Source of the DNA: Octopus bimaculoides
Lineage: Eukaryota
Length of the DNA: 50,342 bases
Direction of reading: 5' to 3'
NCBI RefSeq assembly: GCF_001194135.2
Contig: NC_068981.1
Coordinates: 12,741,344 to 12,791,685 of the forward strand
Shown here: piece by piece, positions 38,352 to 50,342 of the stretch
How the letters are laid out: every line of letters begins with the position of its first letter
Numbering within the stretch: position 1 is the stretch's first letter
Position numbers and translations under genes: made by a program
The notes under the pieces: generated by a model
The model's database searches: none
Told to the model about the DNA's origin: nothing
What the model saw: the letters and a program-made list of their open reading frames with translations, nothing else

Positions 38352-39049
38352 CCTTTAACAGGACACCTCACATGCTAGAAAGGGTAGTTAAACCCGAAAC
38401 AACGAATAAGGGCAATTGCAAAAAGATTGAAATTAAAATATATTTTTGTAGTGAATCTCAGACTCGAGTTTCCGTATCAATGTGCAAAATAAATTTACTT
38501 GCCATGCGTACTACTTCTGTGGGGGCACTAAAATTAAGGCTTATTTATGCAGCAAATAGCACCAAAATTGCACGTGCTACATACTTATACGTTATAATTT
38601 TCAAATCCACCGCGCAAGCGCAGTTAAATTCGGCAAGAAATAATAATAAAAGAAGAAAACTGCGTACCAGAAAGGCTTCGAAACTATGAAGATTTTACTA
38701 TGAAAACAATAAGGGGAGACAATTTAAAAACTATTTCATAGCGGTGGTAGCATGCGTCATAAAGTCAATAGACAACATATTTTCATATATACTAGTGTAC
38801 AAACTATTTGCATATTTATACACGAAAGATGTACCCTTAAACAGGACGCCCTACATGCTCGAAAGGGCGGTAAAAGCTCAAACCACGAATAAGAGCAATT
38901 TCAAATGAAATGAAAATATAAAAATATATTTTTGCAGTTACCGTCAGACTCGATTTTCTGAATCAATGTGCAAAATAAATTAATTTGCCATCTGTACTTC
39001 TTCAATGAGACGCTAAAATTAATGCATGTTTATGCAGCAAATGGCACCA
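38352..39049. repeat. Diverged direct repeat pair (38352-38563 and 38835-39049)
   Basis: Collinear similarity by eye, with identical blocks such as ATCAATGTGCAAAATAAATT and TTTATGCAGCAAAT. Confidence 0.85.
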
Positions 39050-39139
39050 GCACTCGCGCGTGTGGCGCGCGTGTTTGTGCGTGTGTCTGCATTACAGTTC
39101 CATAACCAAAATATCAATCAAAGACAATTCAATACATAC

Positions 39140-39197
39140 CAGAAAGTAGAAGCTCCTAAATAAAGATCTTGAATTAGAGATACCAAGATTATAAAGT
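39140..39197 (-). CDS. Candidate internal exon (LYNLGISNSRSLFRSFYFL in phase 2 to 0)
   Basis: Acceptor TATATTTTCAG, donor CTG|GTATGT; phase-compatible with 37630-37723. Confidence 0.4.
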
Positions 39198-39361
39198 CTG
39201 AAAATATATAATTATATCTGTTCTGAGTCTGATAATATCTTTCAGCAGAATCGTTAACTATATCATCAACTTCTTTTTACTTACGTACGCAGAATACACT
39301 GGACACTACTCGCAGAGTGTATATTATACGTAGCGCTTTTGAATACAATACGTGTAACAAT

Positions 39362-39660
39362 AGGCGCAGGAGTGGCTGTGAGGTCCCGGATTCAGTGCCA
39401 CTGCATTTTGACAAATGTCTTCTACTATAGCCTCAGGCCGACCAGGGCCTTGTGGGTGGATTTGGTAGACGTAATCTAAGGGAGGCCCGTCGTCTGTATT
39501 TGACCCCGCACCATCACTTGACAACCGATGTTGGTGTGTCAACGTCCCCTTAACTTAGCGGTTCGGCAAACGTCCTTAATAGAAGTAACAGGCTTACAAA
39601 GGATAAGTCCTGGGGTCGGTTTTTCGACTAAAGACGGTGCTCCAGCATGGCCATATGCTA
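39362..39660 (+). mobile_element. SINE family B, near full length with a 5' internal deletion
   Basis: GGCGCAGGAGTGGCTGTG head, GGATTTGGTAGACG, and a GCGGTTCGGCAAA...GGTGCTCCAGCATGGCC tail. Confidence 0.75.
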
Positions 39661-40707
39661 AGTGTGGCATCAATTCAGTTCCCTCATATTCTAGTAATGC
39701 GCTCAAGCAATATGAGGTCTTGCGTTGTCTTGCTTTAGAATAGCTCGCTTTCTGTTAAACAATGCAGGGTATTTTTGCCCCATATTACCATACATCACAG
39801 TATAAGTTCAACAAGACAAAATGGTTAAGATAAGGATAAAACAATAGAAATATTAAGAGAAAGAACAAAGGTGTCAAATTCGAATTTGAAAATATAGAGA
39901 ACAAAAGGAAGTCATTAAAAAAAAACACAAAAAAAAACACTCCACGGTTAATACACTGCAAGTTAGCACAGGGAAGAAATAAGCCAAAGTGAGACACGAC
40001 ATAGGCTAAGAAACTCTAGAATAAAAGCAGAAATGTTAAGTGTTATCTACCTCACACGTGACAAATTGATAGTCACATGAACAAATATATTGATACTATG
40101 GAGGGACGTCCGGTGCTTCTTTACAAACAGTACAATGAGGCAATTCCCCAATTATTTATGATTACTCAATCTTAAAATTTCCCCATATATTCACAGACTG
40201 GACTGACATCAGCTATCATCTATGTGGATACATCAACGTAAAACATGCAGCATAAGATTGTATCATCTTTAATGCATGACAAGAGTTGGTATACAATACG
40301 CCGCTATATATGTTTGTTCAGATTAGCAAGAAGATTAACTACTGCAGAGTTATGGAAAATATGCTGAGAAAGAGGTAGAAACTGAAAAAAAATATTTACC
40401 TCGTAAGAATTCAGAAACGTTCACAGGACGTGAAATAATTCATTTTCATCGGTGGAACTAGAATTTGATAAAGTTTTCAAACCCAAAATGCTGTTTAACA
40501 GAATATATAGGTGCCATTATTTATAACTCCATCTGCTTCGAGTAAAAATTATATTTAGAAACTGGATGAAATAATTGGGGGCAAGAGAAAAGCTACAGCA
40601 GAGCCGACTGCGACCCAAAAAGTCCCAAAGGAACATGCAAGTTACGTTATACATCCTTTGCAAAACTTTTTCAATTACGTCCAAAACCATCCACATCATA
40701 TCTGTAC

Positions 40708-40816
40708 AACACACACACACACACACACACACATACACACACACACACATATACACANNNNNNNNNNATATACACACACAGACACACACACGCACACACA
40801 CACACACACACACACA
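40708..40816. repeat. (CA)n microsatellite with a 10-N gap
   Basis: Direct reading. Confidence 0.95.
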
Positions 40817-41308
40817 AATAAACACGCACGCACAGCATATATTCTAAATACCACCTACGAATGTAATAACAAAACGTACTCTTACGATATTGACAGCCAA
40901 TAATACAACACATCGTGTATAATGCTAAGAAAAGTTACAAAACTCTTGTTTAATGGACTTCACAGATCACATACAGTACAGTGTTATCATGAGACATAAC
41001 ATACAGATTTTCTACCCAAACAGATACAATATACGAAGCAACACAAAGAACAACAAAACAATTCATTAAATGAGGTATTACAGTACGGAACACAGAAATA
41101 CAATACTACACACCAACAAATGTCAATACCGCATCTTCCCCATGAACACCTGGTGTTGCAATACTCTCATGAATGAAAGTGTTTGAGACAGGATAGTAAT
41201 AATAAAATGGAAACGGAAATATTTGTCACGAAGAATGCTGTCAATAAAAACATCGTTTTGCAGCTACAACTTTTGACTTCTATAATTATTCTTAAATTCT
41301 CTACTTAC

Positions 41309-41334
41309 TTGTCAGGAAAAGACCATAAGTACGT
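41309..41334 (-). CDS. Candidate 26-nt micro-exon (TYLWSFPD or RTYGLFLT)
   Basis: Acceptor TTTTGTTTAATAG, consensus donor AA|GTAAGT. Confidence 0.3.
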
Positions 41335-43258
41335 CTATTAAACAAAATATATAATTAGAAACTTGCCATTGTTATTGTTTCCATATTCAAAACAGACTTC
41401 TGGTTTTAAATTTATTGCAAGTATGTCTGCGCCGGCCACATTTACTTACAGTCAATCAATTTCTTTGAGCCTTCGATATAGGCATCGACTTGTCATATTG
41501 AAACTGTTTTAGTAATATCCATGTATTACATGCATTTAATCAATACGCAAAAATTCTAAACCTATCATTGTAAACTTTGTTATGACATTAACCAGTTATA
41601 GCTATTTAATTATTATATATTAAGATATCCTGTATATTAGACGGAAAGATCTATTGCTGTCTCTACTTACTATGATGCATTTGTTTTGATGTTACCTGGT
41701 CATTCTTGCCCTAGTCTCGGTATAAATTTCTGTTACATTACATAATTGGTACCCATCCCTGTACGTATGCCTACAGGTATATTTTTGGTATATTTTTGGT
41801 ATATTTCTTGACAGTTAAATAACGATATATAAACATGAAAAATAGTATTCTGCTTCTTCGTAAAGCATTGATTCATTCTAAGAATCTTTAGGATATGAGC
41901 CCAGCAAGCTTCCACTGCACCACTCCGCTCAACGACAACTGAAGAAATTATACAATCTATTAGAATTTCAATCTATTATTTCTTGTGTTTGTTTTGTTCT
42001 GAGTTCCATTACCTTATGTAACTATATGTCATATGTTGATAAACTATTTGTGAGTATTGGACTCTGTGAAATATACGAAATGTATTAAATATATACTAAA
42101 TGCTACAGCACTGGTATGTTATATTACTTACTGAATTGTGACATTTCATTCTGGGAATATCTGCGTGAATGTGGTTTGTCAGATTGGACAAAACACACTC
42201 ACTGCTCTATGCGTTGCAAATTTTCTTGGGTGTCTCTTCATTTGTCATTTTCAGATCAGAGGAAAACAAATCATTTCTATAAATGCTTCCCGTGCTTGTT
42301 TGTATAATGCTCAATTAAACAGCTAAAAGAAACGTTACAAAGGAATAGACGAGTGCAAAATATTTAGAGATTATAAAAGACTAGTTCACAACAACACAAG
42401 ACTGTCCATATAAGTTTGCCAATCTAGTTTACTAGATTTGAAGAAAATATTACCACCGAGATTTTACTACAAAGAGCGTGGAATAAAATTATCAAATGAA
42501 TTGAACAAATATAATATGCTTAATACAAATGATGTGTTCCACAGTATGTGGTATAACTAGAGCAGCTGGTTAAGAATTAATGGAGGAATTCAAATACAGA
42601 AGCAGATCCCGCAAGAAAAAGATGTCACAATAGAAAAATATATATTTCCCAAAAGTATGAGAACGAAAACATGTGCGCAAAATTGTTTCACCACAAAAAT
42701 GTAAAGCTGAACTGAATAACTAAATTTCGAGACTATTTCTATCATAAAAGAATTATTAAATCGACAGCTGGAGGCTAAGTCTTTGAGTATACAAGGATTT
42801 GAGAAGAGAATAAAACAATGGGAATCAAGCATAATGTTTTGAGGAGATAAATGAAAAGTTTAAATGGAATAAAACTTCAAAACATTGATAAAAACAATTT
42901 ACTACTAATAATAAAAAACAGAGTTATTTTCAAGAAAATTATGGGAGATCGAATAAAAATATATGCAAAAGAAATAATCCACACGAAGACACACATTTCA
43001 AAACTATTAGATAAAAAGCTGCATGAATGAATACAGGATTAAATCAAATAATAAGGCGAACATTAAATAGCAGCTAACTGAATTAAAATACAGATTATAC
43101 TTCGCACCACAAAAAGATTAATCTGGAATTTCTGTACCAATATAATGCATTTCTATATTTGACAAACCCGGATTAACCAATATTTTGTGATTGAGGTAAA
43201 CGGTAATTGTGTGGAAGCGCGTCGTATGTATGAATGTGTTTGTGCGTGTTTATATGCC

Positions 43259-43261
<3 letters not shown>

Positions 43262-43310
<49 letters not shown>
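43262..43310. repeat. (GT)n microsatellite
   Basis: Direct reading. Confidence 0.95.
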
Positions 43311-43314
<4 letters not shown>

Positions 43315-43843
43315 CACGCGTGTGTGTGTGTGTATTTATATCGTGCGTGTGTCTGAGTTTCCAAACATCGCTTGACTACACCAATTTACTTGTCTACGTC
43401 TTCATAACATAGCATCTCGATTATAAAGTTAGATAGAATAAATGCTAAGGTCCATTTCTTCGACTAGCCCCTGCATAGTCGAAGTCTTCTGACTAAAACA
43501 AGTAAACAATAAAATATTATTTCTCAATGTATTCTTAAAAGCTGCTTCTTTATGCATCTTCCTTTTCGAATGGGTTTTTATAATACCATATGTAGCAGTT
43601 TGTGAACTTGAAAATATTTATTAATCTACTATAATCGCTATGCTCGTTATGTGATCATCCTTTCTTTCATCTATTAAAATCTTGTGAAATCTAATTGGTT
43701 TTGCTGCATTTTCACCGGAGACCTCCTCACGAAGTTTCACTCATTTTACATTTCCTGAAAGTACTTTTAATCATTTGGTGTGTCATCATTCACACTTGAT
43801 TTGGTTTTCTTTTTCTTCTCACTCTCACAAATCTCTCACTCAC

Positions 43844-43866
43844 TTTGCTTCTCCGTCTGCTGCCAT
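43844..43866 (-). CDS. Candidate first coding exon (MAADGEAK)
   Basis: AAGATGG start context followed 23 nt later by donor AA|GTGAGT; other frames are also open. Confidence 0.35.
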
Positions 43867-44539
43867 CTTCTCGCCAAAGAAATGACACAAGGCAGTGATG
43901 GAAAAATAAGTTTGTAACGCATTGTAGTAGAACACATCGATTGCATATCCTGCATGTTACAATGAATATGGAAAAATTAAATGTTGAAGACAACTACGTT
44001 TCATTACAGCACACTTCCTTTACAACAGTAACAATGACAAAAGCAACAACAAAATATATGACAATTGTGTCTTCATGTTTTAGTAAAGAATTTAATAACC
44101 TGTAGCAAAGTTAATGTATTTAAATCAGCCGCCAGTTTAAAGTTTTCGTGTTAATAAAATATTGGTTGTGATAGATTTTCTTTTAAACAAAAGTTGCCTT
44201 CATAAATCTAATTTATACAATTTTTTTTTCCGAGACTTTCTCTACTATTATATTTCCTATACAAAATTTTATAGGCATAAAGAGATGTAATATTCATAGT
44301 TATAAATAAAAATAATGCTATTGATTAAAATTTGTTAGTAATATTTACTCTGAAAAGGAAAAAATTAAATTCTGTTACATATGATATATAACATCATAAA
44401 TTTTTTTTATTCTGTAGAGACAGACATTTAACAACAAAAGTAAATATATAAAATTCAGGTATTCGCAGACGTGTTTATATATTTGCATAGGCAGTATACA
44501 GACATACAAACATAAATAAATAAATATACATGAATATAT

Positions 44540-44820
44540 ATAGTTCTATATTTAAGAGATGAGAAATTATTTACATTATTTACATTTGACGGATATTTCT
44601 CCTCATCTTGTTTGTTGTTAACACAACGTTTCGGCTGATATACCCTCCAGCCTTCGTCAGGTGTCTTGGGGAAATTTCGAACCTGGGTTCTCATTCTTAA
44701 CGATGTTACTATTATTATTATATTATTATTAATACTATTATTAATCAGGTCGCTGCCGTGAATCGAACTCGGGACCTTGGGGTTAGTAGCCCGCGCTCTT
44801 AACCACTACGCCATATGTCC
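44540..44820 (-). mobile_element. Second copy of the tRNA-head + AAT-rich + hammerhead composite element
   Basis: Reverse complement is collinear with 24745-25018 (A box TGGCGTAGTGG, B box GAGTTCGATTC). Confidence 0.8.
44620..44665 (-). ncRNA. Minimal type I hammerhead ribozyme motif with intact stems
   Basis: gacac-CTGACGA-A-GGCTGG(agggtata)TCAGCC-GAAAC-GT-T-gtgtt: stem I 5 bp (one G-U), stem II 6 bp, ACGT palindrome. Confidence 0.7.
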
Positions 44821-44910
44821 GAAGGCTGGAGGGTATATCAGCCGAAACGTTGTGTTAACAACAAACAAGATGAGGAGAAACATCCGTCAAATGTAAATAA
44901 TGTAAATAAT
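44820..44910 (+). repeat. Inverted partial duplicate of the element tail (pairs with 44566-44656)
   Basis: 90/91 identical to the reverse complement of 44566-44656. Confidence 0.9.
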
Positions 44911-45536
44911 ATGAATATATATGTTTTCAATTTTACCTCTTTTAGCTTGTTTTTAGCATTGAGCACCAGTCATACCGAGGCAACCAGGCTCATTCAATTT
45001 TATTGATCGTATTGAGTCAAGTACTAATTCCTTCCTTCTTGGTTTTTATCTCATCAGCCACTCTTTGTAGAATGTGTAAGCTCTAGAGGATATATAATGA
45101 ATGCCAACTTCGAGAGACGCAGTGGAAATATTAGGTTTATTGTGTTCCTTAGGGGCTCAATCTTAAACTGAAATTTGTATCTGATATACTTTCAGTAAAT
45201 TACTTTAAGCTGAACAATGATATCACCTAACTACATAGTACAAACCAATCAGCGTCTACAGCCTGGGCCCCATGGATTACCCTCTGAGCATTTAACTTGA
45301 TTTAAATACCACGATCTGAACACTGTTTTTTCGCTATATTTTGTATAATTCTTTATTTTTTTGTATGCATGTGACTGTATATCATTGTCTATGTCTATAT
45401 CACTCAATATAAATATAATGCGACTGTCTCTGCGTATTTATTTACGCCTGTGCATCCCCAAGGAAAGGCATTATATCTGCTTGTATAAACACGAATCTGT
45501 ATATATGCATACATACATGCATACATACACACACAT

Positions 45537-45589
<53 letters not shown>

Positions 45590-45977
45590 CAAAAACACAC
45601 GCATGTATATATATATGAGCGTGTGTGTGTGTGTGTGTGTGTCATTGAGTGCGTATGTGTACACTTATATTTCCATACACATACATACATACATATATTG
45701 AAAAATGTTTTCATGTCTACATTAAGAGCTGGAGAGACATATGTGGTTTTATGATTACATTATGTCGTTCCAAATGCGTCATTGGTTATTTTTATTCTAG
45801 AATTACCAAAGTTTTAATATTTATGTGTTTATGCAGCATTATATTTCCTATATATTTAAATATATTTTTATGTAGTTACATAATTCATACTCGTATATTC
45901 GCATTTTATATACATTCATGTACTCACATAAATCTATTATATATATATATGTGCGTGCGTGTGTGTGTACGTATGTG

Positions 45978-46017
<40 letters not shown>

Positions 46018-46778
46018 NNNNNNNNNNNNNNNNNNNNNNNNNNNNNNNNNNNNNNNNNNNNNNNNNNNNNNNNNNNNNNNNNNNNNNNNNNNNNNNNNNN
46101 NNNNNNNNNNNNNNNNNNNNNNNNNNNNNNNNNNNNNNNNNNNNNNNNNNNNNNNNNNNNNNNNNNNNNNNNNNNNNNNNNNNNNNNNNNNNNNNNNNNN
46201 NNNNNNNNNNNNNNNNNNNNNNNNNNNNNNNNNNNNNNNNNNNNNNNNNNNNNNNNNNNNNNNNNNNNNNNNNNNNNNNNNNNNNNNNNNNNNNNNNNNN
46301 NNNNNNNNNNNNNNNNNNNNNNNNNNNNNNNNNNNNNNNNNNNNNNNNNNNNNNNNNNNNNNNNNNNNNNNNNNNNNNNNNNNNNNNNNNNNNNNNNNNN
46401 NNNNNNNNNNNNNNNNNNNNNNNNNNNNNNNNNNNNNNNNNNNNNNNNNNNNNNNNNNNNNNNNNNNNNNNNNNNNNNNNNNNNNNNNNNNNNNNNNNNN
46501 NNNNNNNNNNNNNNNNNNNNNNNNNNNNNNNNNNNNNNNNNNNNNNNNNNNNNNNNNNNNNNNNNNNNNNNNNNNNNNNNNNNNNNNNNNNNNNNNNNNN
46601 NNNNNNNNNNNNNNNNNNNNNNNNNNNNNNNNNNNNNNNNNNNNNNNNNNNNNNNNNNNNNNNNNNNNNNNNNNNNNNNNNNNNNNNNNNNNNNNNNNNN
46701 NNNNNNNNNNNNNNNNNNNNNNNNNNNNNNNNNNNNNNNNNNNNNNNNNNNNNNNNNNNNNNNNNNNNNNNNNNNNNN
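46018..46778. other. Assembly gap (N run) flanked by (TA)n
   Basis: Direct reading. Confidence 0.99.
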
Positions 46779-47033
46779 TATATATATATATATATATATA
46801 TATATCATAAAACCATTTATTACTAACAATATGGAATGACGTGTAGCACCCAGCCAGAAACAGATGCAAGTATAAAAGCATTATAGAGAAAATATTTACC
46901 AACAATTATATTATTTTAAGCAACACTGTCACAGGTAGGAGACACCAGAAAGCCTTACATTGGCACCAAGATTGGAATATTCAGAGCGCGGATAAACATT
47001 TCACTATCTAATACATGGCAGTGTCGCTGTCTG

Positions 47034-47346
47034 CAGTGATTCTCAACTGGGTCCATATGGCCCCTAAAGATGCATATCAGATTTTTTGGGGGCCACGCAA
47101 CAACATAATAATTGGCTATCCACAATAATATCTGAAGGGCCCATGAAAAATGTCATTTTATATGTATTTACTGGTATAACATTTTACATAGTACAACCTA
47201 GACAAGTTAATGTTTGAATGACATGGGAATTGTGAAACAAGTATGTATAAAGCTAATTTTTAAACATTCAATGACTATGAGGGATCAACCAGAATAAAAT
47301 AGTAACCAAAGGGGTCCGTAGATGGCAAAATGGTTGAGAACCCCTG
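47034..47346. mobile_element. hAT (Charlie-like) MITE
   Basis: TIRs CAGTGATTCTCAACT / GGTTGAGAACCCCTG; the right flank GTCTAAAG fits NTCTAGAN-type targets; left TSD not intact. Confidence 0.7.
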
Positions 47347-48020
47347 GTCTAAAGCATCTGAAGATAAAAGAATTTATATCAAATAGCAGGAGACGGAGAA
47401 AGTCTGCCTGCAAACCTAATATGTGCGACAATTGCTACTACATTTCCAAAGGATTACGGTTGAATTCCAGCTGCTTCTAGGTATCCCGTTTTATTTTGTA
47501 GCAGTCCCGGAATATATTACCTATTACAACAGGCTATGCCCTTCTCCACGGCTGCAATGTGGAACACCCTTCGACTGTGATCTCACAGATCTACCACCAT
47601 ATAAGGCTTACGGCCCTTCGCAATACATCTTAATAGCATTTCCGTTTTTTGTATATACAGACTCACATATATATGTGCTAACGCATATGTATATATATTT
47701 ATTTCTGTGCATGTGTGTAGTTGTATTAATATATCTATACACACACACAAACGCGCACACACACACACACACGCACACACACACACACACCAGTAAGCAC
47801 ATAAAATGAAAATCAAGGTGGAAAACATAGTACTCGAATACCGATGGTAGAGTAATATACATTTTCATTAAAGCTGCAGAAACATGAAAAAAAAAATCTA
47901 CTACCCAGAATTTCACGCTTCCGTTCGTCGGGCAACCCGAGGCAAAGTGTAGTTTTGGCTCTTATTTCTAGAATTACTGGTGCTGATTTGGACCCTTAGT
48001 CACTTTAATAGCGTTTGTAC

Positions 48021-48031
48021 TTACACACACA

Positions 48032-48070
<39 letters not shown>

Positions 48071-48197
48071 ACACACAAACACACACACACACACAATCAC
48101 ACACACATATACACACACACGAACGCACACACACATGCATACACATAGAAACACACATGCACGTACGTGCGCGCATAGGCTCACATACACACACACA
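48021..48197. repeat. Degenerate (CA)n tract
   Basis: Direct reading. Confidence 0.9.
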
Positions 48198-50342
48198 ATG
48201 TTGAGTTAGAAGCTCGAATACAAATACTTTTTTCTATATAAAAGTCGTAGAAATAGATTTAGATATTTTCGTTTATTGAAATATCACATATACGCTGTAC
48301 ATTGCTCAGTGTAACATTACGTGGAATGCCTGTGTATTAGACATTGTTGACATTATCCAGCTGGCAGTACAAAGGGGCGGCAACCCTATAATTAATATGT
48401 GCTTTGGTGGACACTACTGATCGTAAATCACATTATGGCGCTATAGCGATAGTTAGTGTTACATCATAAGCAGGTTGTAATCCATTTAATGAAAGCTAAT
48501 GCATGTGTAGCAGAAGTGCGTAATACTTTTATATGTTTGGTTGTTTAAACTTAGATTCCACAGAGTGGGCTCACCAGACCTTTTCTTTCCAACGAATCAC
48601 ATGGTACAGAAGGTTGCCAAACTAGTTGCATGTATTGGTCGGTTACTAACTATCCATTCGCGTGTTTGGAACAATTTGTTTTGAATTCGAGAAAAAAAAA
48701 GCCTTTGTCTCTGGAGCCTGCTCAGTGTGTAAAAACTCTTGTATTCTGCCTGGCTAGGTCTTTGGCTGCAGTCATTGACTACACACCACGTCTGTTTGGA
48801 CCAGCTTCGATGAACCAGAAATCCAGTTTCACAGCTCTCTTCAGCCAGCCTTTTCCGGTTTTCATCGTTACCACAACAGACAGCGGACCACAGCCACATC
48901 AACAGACTCAGCAGACTAATGTAATGTAAATCCTTGTTCCAGAATGTAATGTAATCATCATTTTCTTTTGGCAATCTTATTTTTATAACGAGAGGAATAA
49001 ATCATCGCTTATTCAACTTATTCCAATCTTATTGTTTCCTACTTCTTACTCCGTTATACATGTTTTATATATTATCGGAGCTCAATTATAGGCAATAACT
49101 ATTTACTCTATCATCGCCTGCTGCAAAAAATTATCTCAGTAATATTAAAAGTTTCGCTCTACGTTTCAGCTGTTCAAATTATCAAAATATTTCGTGTAAA
49201 AGGAGTTGGCTCTCTCGATTTCTTTATTTTTGAATCCACAATGTTTCACTGCCGATACCTCTTTACCATGAAACCGAGATGGTGTGAAAGAATGAAGATA
49301 TTCTCAAATGAGTGGATTCTACAAAAGGCAGCTATGGATTAAGTCTACCACCAGGCTAGAGAGTATTTGAAATCAGAATGCAAAGGGCCAAGATAAATAC
49401 CATGAGACATCCAGACCAATATGTTTACTGTTCTCAAATTCCAAAGATCTGCAATTGCCGTTCACTTCTAAGAAAAGCGAGTGAGTTTCGATCTCTTCTC
49501 CGCTCTTGCATATTACATCTTTATCGACGTCAAAATAATGAAAATCGAATTAATTTCGGTGGGATTCGAACTCATAAATACTTAAGGTGAATTTACTACA
49601 GCCACCTAGTATAGATATAACACTAATATTCTGTCGGTGATTCACACACTGCAACACTATAGCTAACAGGTAAAAGTACGTTGCAGAGCTGCTTCCAATA
49701 GTTTGCGAATTGTGATGCTTTTTACTTCACCTCATTGCAGGTCTGCGTGCATCTTTGTTGTATTGATGTGAAGTGTCGAAATTTGTCCGAATAAATGTAT
49801 CCGACGGAGGTAGGATCTATTCTAAGGTACATGTGTTTCGTCTATGCAGCTTGTAAATAAGAAATAAAACAAATTTAAGCAACTGCATTTGAACACAATA
49901 TAGGAAAACATAGAAGAGAAAATACTGTGTATGAAAGCTGATATAACATTGCAACGAAATTGAATTCCATATAATGAAAGAAAAGAATTATCAAATCAAA
50001 TAATATACAATAAATAAATAAACGAAGATACTGCACTTGGCACGGCTACTGAGTTTCACAATTGGAATGAACTGAGGTATCAGGATGTGGGTGTGTAGTT
50101 GCGATTATCACCTCCACTCCATCGATTTTACCCAACGACACCGAATTCAATTGTAACCAATGAAGCATCTTCGAGAAAACAAAGTCAATACAATTTGTAG
50201 ATGCAAATTGTATACCGATGGGGAGTAAGAATCTTTTGTTCAAAGATCACAGCGAAATATATACACACATATATGTACGTACGCGCATGTGTATATGTAT
50301 GTATGAATATATGTATGTATATATATATATATATATATATAT

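Noticed and set aside
48805-48850. Minus-strand CTGAAGA...GAAAC...GTT hammerhead-like string
   Set aside because: There is no stem II and stem I fails after one pair.

Overview
AT-rich eukaryotic genomic DNA from a draft assembly. Seven N-gaps, nearly all bordered by (CA)n/(TA)n/(GA)n microsatellites, account for the long X-containing ORFs. The repeat content (abundant SINE families; CR1, R4/Dong-like and Penelope remnants) looks like an octopus/cephalopod genome; this is inference from pattern recognition, not a search. No protein-coding gene could be named. Five minus-strand segments at 32-44 kb with good splice signals, four of them chainable in phase, suggest an unidentified multi-exon gene. 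The rest is a transposon graveyard: SINEs, LINE fragments, a pogo transposase fragment, and mariner, hAT and foldback-like MITEs. The most interesting signal is a recurrent composite element: tRNA-like Pol III head, (AAT)n, then a minimal Penelope-type hammerhead ribozyme. One copy lies directly behind a Penelope GIY-YIG remnant (24.7-25.0 kb). The other has a near-perfect 91-bp inverted partial duplication (44.5-44.9 kb).
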